Source of the DNA: Octopus sinensis | Lineage: Eukaryota | Length of the DNA: 15,112 nt | Assembly (NCBI RefSeq): GCF_006345805.1 | Contig: NW_021825609.1 | Coordinates: 1-15,112 of the forward strand | Direction: 5' to 3' | Part shown: positions 10,521 to 15,112 of the stretch, piece after piece | How positions within the stretch are numbered: the first letter of the stretch is position 1 | How the letters are laid out: each line of letters starts with the position of its first letter | Notes under the pieces: generated by a model | What the model saw: the letters and a program-made list of their open reading frames with translations, nothing else | Databases searched by the model: none | Told to the model about the DNA's origin: nothing | Translations under genes and position numbers: made by a program

Positions 10521-10630
10521 AAATGGCAGAGTTTATTGCAGAATGTTCACGGCGCTTGTTCTAACTCTCTGCGCTCGGAGTTCAAATCGCCCTAAAAGTA
10601 AACTTTATCTTTCATCATTTCGAGATCGGT
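10521..10630 (+). mobile_element. Heavily diverged SINE family A remnant
   Basis: GGAGTTCAAATCGCC...AACTTTATCTTTCATCATTTCGAGATCG aligns by eye to GAGTTCAAATTCCGCC...GACTTTGCCTTTCATCCTTTCGGGGTCG. Confidence 0.5.
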
Positions 10631-10746
10631 TGAACAGAAAGAGCGTCGGATTGTTTGCTTAGGGATATTTATTCCAGTTCTTCGTGTCCTAAGATCAAAT
10701 CCTCTCCAGGATCTACATGGCTTTTAAATTTGATACATCATCCAAT

Positions 10747-10895
10747 TTAATAGCCCCGCATGGCGCCTGGGATGCCTTCGTCGATGAGCTTCCCGCTGTT
10801 ACAATATTCAGGTTCATTTTCCAAATTGGCACTACCTTCCAATCTCCTATCAGATTTGGAAGCCCTGTGGAGGAACATGGACACTGCTTTCCTGC
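10747..10895 (-). CDS. Weak candidate exon (RKAVSMFLHRASKSDRRLE... ending at a donor at 10836 or at the stop at 10747)
   Basis: Acceptor TTTGCATTTGTAAACAG|G (AG at 10897-10896), locally raised GC, 48 open codons, possible donor GAAG|GTAGTG. No homology recognised. Confidence 0.25.
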
Positions 10896-11010
10896 CTGTT
10901 TACAAATGCAAACAACATCTTCAGTTATTATAATTCATGCGGTTCGCAGTGACTATTTCTATAACTATTTCTTTGCTACCCACTAAGGGCTAAACGGCAG
11001 ACGAAATACC

Positions 11011-11241
11011 TATTTCTTTACTACCCACAAGGGGCTAAACACAGAGGGGACAAACAAGGACAGACAAATGGATTAAGTCGATTATATCGGCCCCAGTGCG
11101 TGACTTGTACTTATTTAATCGACCCCGAAAGGATGAAAGGCAAAGTCGACCTCGGCGGAATTTGAACTCAGAACGTAAAGACAGACGAAATACCGCTAAG
11201 CATTTCACCCAGTATGCTAATGATTCTGCCAGCTCACTGCC
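11011..11241 (-). mobile_element. tRNA-derived SINE family A, full length, same tail subfamily as 755-982
   Basis: Reverse complement aligns end to end with 755-982, including the tail TATTTCTTTACTACCCACAAGGGGCTAAAC. Confidence 0.92.
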
Positions 11242-11382
11242 TTAATTCTATAACATTTTAGTGAATAATTCTATAACATTTCACAAAATCTATTCGAACG
11301 ATCAACAATTTGTAGCATCCTACAACGAATAATTCTTCAAATTATTTATTTCAAAAGTCTCTCTCCTATCAAATATCAGCGA

Positions 11383-11579
11383 TGGCTTCAAACTTTGGCA
11401 AAAGGACAGCCATACCGGATGTGGGCGTAAGTTGATCACATCGGCCCACGTATTCAACAGGTATTTAATTTACACATCACAAAAAGACGAAACTCCAAGT
11501 CGACCGCTTAGAACGTAAACACGGGCGAAGTACCTAAAACATTTTAGCCGGAGTGCTAACGATTCTGCCAGCTCATCGC
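11383..11579 (-). mobile_element. Older, internally deleted SINE family A copy (alternative-tail subfamily)
   Basis: GTGCTAACGATTCTGCCAGCTCATCGC head and CTTCAAACTTTGGCAAAAGGACAGC tail. AAGTCGACC joins directly to TTAGAACGT, so the CGGCGGAATTTGAA segment is missing. Confidence 0.75.
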
Positions 11580-11712
11580 ATGACTGTGGGGAAAGAATCT
11601 TCCTTCACAACCACCTGGTTTCGTGTTCACTCGCATTGCATGGCACCGTGGGCATATATTTTCTACTGTAGGCTTGGGCCGAGCAACACCTCGTGAAAGA
11701 CCCCCGTCGAAT
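11578..11712 (+). mobile_element. tRNA-derived SINE of a second family (B) with CORE-like segment, internally deleted, followed by (CA)n
   Basis: A-box-like TGACTGTGGGG, B-box-like GTTCACTCG, GGCACCGTGGGCATAT resembling the CORE-like ACCTTGGGCAAGT, then TTCTACTGTAGGCTTGGGCCGAGC...CCCGTCG as in a common octopus SINE recalled from memory. Confidence 0.65.
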
Positions 11713-12139
11713 ACGAACGCACACACACACACACAAACACTCACTCAACCACACGTATACACACATTTGGTTCAGAAGATGCTGTTAATATTTGTGCAAA
11801 CATCTATACATGCAACAAAGGCAGCCACTGCACCTGCAACCTTGGGTAATAATATCCTTACATTTTTGCGTCAACCTATATATATAAGCATATATAAAGG
11901 TGCGATAATTATCAAAGTTTAAAAAGCACTTATTTACAAACTTCAGACACTTATCAGGTGTAACTATTTGAACAAAATCTACCGATCATTAAGTATTTCG
12001 GACTTTCCCGTTATTTAACTCACGAACACTTTTCACCGGACTGCTATATACTAGAAGACATATTTCTTCTCTCCGCTGATTCATTAGATGGAAAGTTACA
12101 ACTTCTGAAATATCGATTCTTGTATTTCAAATATTTATA

Positions 12140-12215
12140 CTGACATACACACGCACGAATGTACGTACGCGCACACATACACATATAAATACACACATAT
12201 AAACACGAAAACGAA

Positions 12216-12250
<35 letters not shown>

Positions 12251-12606
12251 CATTTACACAGATACAATCACATACATATATGCACAGATACACCTATCTT
12301 TCTCCCCCTCTCTATGTATATGTATATATATATGTTCTTATATTATATATATATATATATATTTGTTCTATTTATATAGGTATACAAATATATATATATA
12401 TAATAGGTGCATGTGATACATATGAACATATATATATATATGTGTGTGCATATCATACTATGTATATAATATGTAAAACTATATATATGCACTATATATA
12501 TATATGTATCAATATTCACACATCTATGTAAATATATACATACATATATAAATATATATACATGTATATATACATATATATCTATAACTATCTATCTATA
12601 TATGTT

Positions 12607-12659
<53 letters not shown>

Positions 12660-12770
12660 GATATATGTATATATGTATATATCTATAGATATATGTATAT
12701 ATATATATAGCTATATATCTCTCTCTATATATATGAATATACTTTTATATAAAAAAAAAATATATATATA
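12140..12770. repeat. (CA)n/(AT)n/(ATAG) degenerate microsatellite field
   Basis: Read directly. Confidence 0.9.
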
Positions 12771-12994
12771 TGCGCACAAATTGAGTAGGGAGGAGATGAT
12801 AAGGAAACGTACTGCAAGTAAATTAATTCCTTTGATCCATTAGAAGAAATTGGTCAGACACCTAAGCACTGACCTAAAACCATTTTCTTACATTATTGAA
12901 TTATTTAACATTTTTAGAATAATGGTAATGATAGTTTGTTTTTTTTCTATTCCGTATGTCGGTCAGTACATTATAGGGAAGCGTTCGATCATCG

Positions 12995-13141
12995 TCCTGT
13001 GTGTGTGTATGCGTGTGTAAGTGCGTTGATGTGTAGGTATGTGATTCTAACATTTAGTATGTCTGTGTGCGCGTGTGTTGAATATACGTAGGTTCCTCAC
13101 TTCTCTCTCTCTCTCTCCTTAATCACACACACAAAGATATC

Positions 13142-13185
<44 letters not shown>

Positions 13186-13216
13186 TATATGCATATGTAT
13201 ACATATATATGTATGT

Positions 13217-13261
<45 letters not shown>

Positions 13262-13670
13262 CATACATGTATATATGTGTATATGTATGCATCTAATATA
13301 TATATATTTGTGTTCCTCTATACGTACCTACATATTTGCATATACATACGGATATGCACACACATATACACACGCATGCACACACATATGTACATATGCC
13401 TAAATATATATATATGCAAATATATTTTTGTATACATATATATATACACATATATATATAGATATCTACGTATTTTTACATACGTAAACAGATACGTGTG
13501 TGTATGTATATACAGACATACTGGGCGCGTACACTTACACACATATATACGCATATCTATACACACAAAATACACACACAAACACAGGCTCGCACACCCA
13601 ATCACGTTCACACACATACCGACGTCAACACACACTCTTACACACAAACACGCACACACACACAGTACAA
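12995..13670. repeat. (GT)n/(CT)n/(AT)n/(CA)n degenerate microsatellite field
   Basis: Read directly; source of the HTHT/YIYI ORFs. Confidence 0.9.
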
Positions 13671-13962
13671 AAAGAGAACATCTCGCCAAACGTACAGCCT
13701 GGTCGTTGAGTTAATTTTGTTGACCTAGCATAATTTACGCTATTTTCGACTTAATGGTCTTTCATTCAATACATTGTCTTTGATTAAAACCAATATGTTT
13801 CCGATGGAATTAAAATCTGGCACATTCGCATCAACATCCATCAAATCAACGAGATTCATTTATTTTTGTTCTGCTCTTTTATCTTCTACCTAATTCTGTT
13901 ATTTCACAAATTTTTAAGACTTTACTGGCTCCGTTCTGACTGGTAAATCTTTACTGTGCTTC

Positions 13963-13964
<2 letters not shown>

Positions 13965-14038
<74 letters not shown>

Positions 14039-14094
14039 ATCTATCTATCTATTCTATCTATGTATGTATCTATCTATCATCTATCTATCTATCA

Positions 14095-14148
<54 letters not shown>

Positions 14149-14177
14149 CTATCTATCTATCTATCTATCTATCTATA

Positions 14178-14213
<36 letters not shown>

Positions 14214-14298
14214 CTATATCTATCTATCTATCTATCTATCTATACCTCTCTATCTATCTATCTATCTATATCTATCTATCTATCTATCTATCTATCTC

Positions 14299-14368
<70 letters not shown>
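13965..14368. repeat. Long interrupted (TATC)n (GATA/Bkm-type) tract, about 400 bp
   Basis: Read directly; source of the YLSI ORFs. Confidence 0.97.
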
Positions 14369-14515
14369 CCTTATTTTCTCTTATGCCTTTCTTTTGAAGA
14401 GCGTAGGCTCGAAACGTAAAATACTTTTTTCCTTTTTCCAGAGCGTCAAGCTACTCCATTTGCTGGTTGTTCGTACACTTGCCTTCATCTTTTGTTTTTC
14501 TATAGATCTAAACTA
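14369..14515 (+). mobile_element. Short Penelope-associated (pLTR/retrozyme-like) repeat with an eroded hammerhead-like motif at 14391-14421
   Basis: TTTTGAAGAGC-GTAG-GCTCGAAACGTAAAA followed by a pyrimidine-rich body, bounded by microsatellites on both sides. Family assignment is by resemblance only. Confidence 0.5.
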
Positions 14516-14646
14516 CACATTCATACGCGCGCACTCACATACACACACGCGCGCGTTCGTACACGTATATGCGTACTTCTAATCACATATACATGTTAGT
14601 ATATATATATAAACTATATATATATAATTATATAAATATATATATA

Positions 14647-14825
14647 TTAAAAAAGGAGATGTGGAACACGAGTTGTGATATATAAACATGGGAATGAAGA
14701 AAATGCTGACAAAATAATTTAAGTAATTTAAGTAATTTATTAGGTGAAAGTTCTATTTACCGGTTGCGCATTTGTTATGCTTATCAAAAGATAGATTTTT
14801 TCCTCTTATCTGACATATATATAGA

Positions 14826-14878
<53 letters not shown>

Positions 14879-15048
14879 AGGAGATGTGGAACACGAGTTG
14901 TGTGTGAATATAAACATGGGAAATGAAGAAGAAAATGCTGACAAAATAATTTAAGTAATTTAAGTAATTTAATTAGGTGAAAGTTCTATTTACCGGTTGC
15001 GGCATTTGTTATGCTTATCAAAAGATAGATTTTTACTCTTATCTGACA
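14647..15048. repeat. Tandem duplication of a ~170-bp unique segment (14647-14815 and 14872-15048) separated by (AT)n
   Basis: Both copies run TTAAAAAAGGAGATGTGGAACACGAG...CTCTTATCTGACA; each contains about three TAATTTAAG units. Confidence 0.95.
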
Positions 15049-15112
15049 CATATATGATATATATATATATATATATGTTTGTATATCTGTGCAATGTTTC
15101 TACCTCTCCTCT

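Noticed and set aside
10717-10986. 89-aa plus-strand ORF
   Set aside because: It starts beside a SINE-like remnant and ends in a SINE tail, has no recognisable domain, and the splice signals favour the opposite strand.
14647-15048. CRISPR-like or regularly spaced repeat array
   Set aside because: Only two copies separated by (AT)n in eukaryotic DNA, with no repeat-spacer periodicity anywhere in the window.

Overview
AT-rich, microsatellite-dense, almost entirely non-coding eukaryotic DNA. The SINE families and repeat landscape point to an octopus or related coleoid cephalopod; this is recognised from memory, not from a database search. Nearly all ORFs in the supplied track are translations of simple repeats. 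Supportable content: (i) about seven tRNA-derived SINE copies from at least three families; (ii) a decayed R4/Dong-like non-LTR retrotransposon ORF fragment (4586-4996) and a probable LINE 3' end (3905-4279), both embedded in (AAT)n tracts; (iii) a 415-bp MITE-like element with 98-bp terminal inverted repeats (5224-5638); (iv) a short Penelope-type repeat with an eroded hammerhead-ribozyme-like motif (14391-14421); (v) an indel-rich ~170-bp tandem duplication at the right end; (vi) one plausible and one weaker minus-strand exon candidate (8413-8280 and 10895-10836/10747), suggesting the window may overlap the 3' end and introns of an unidentified gene. No prokaryotic-type system, CRISPR array, rRNA or true tRNA gene is present, and I cannot demonstrate a novel multi-gene system here.
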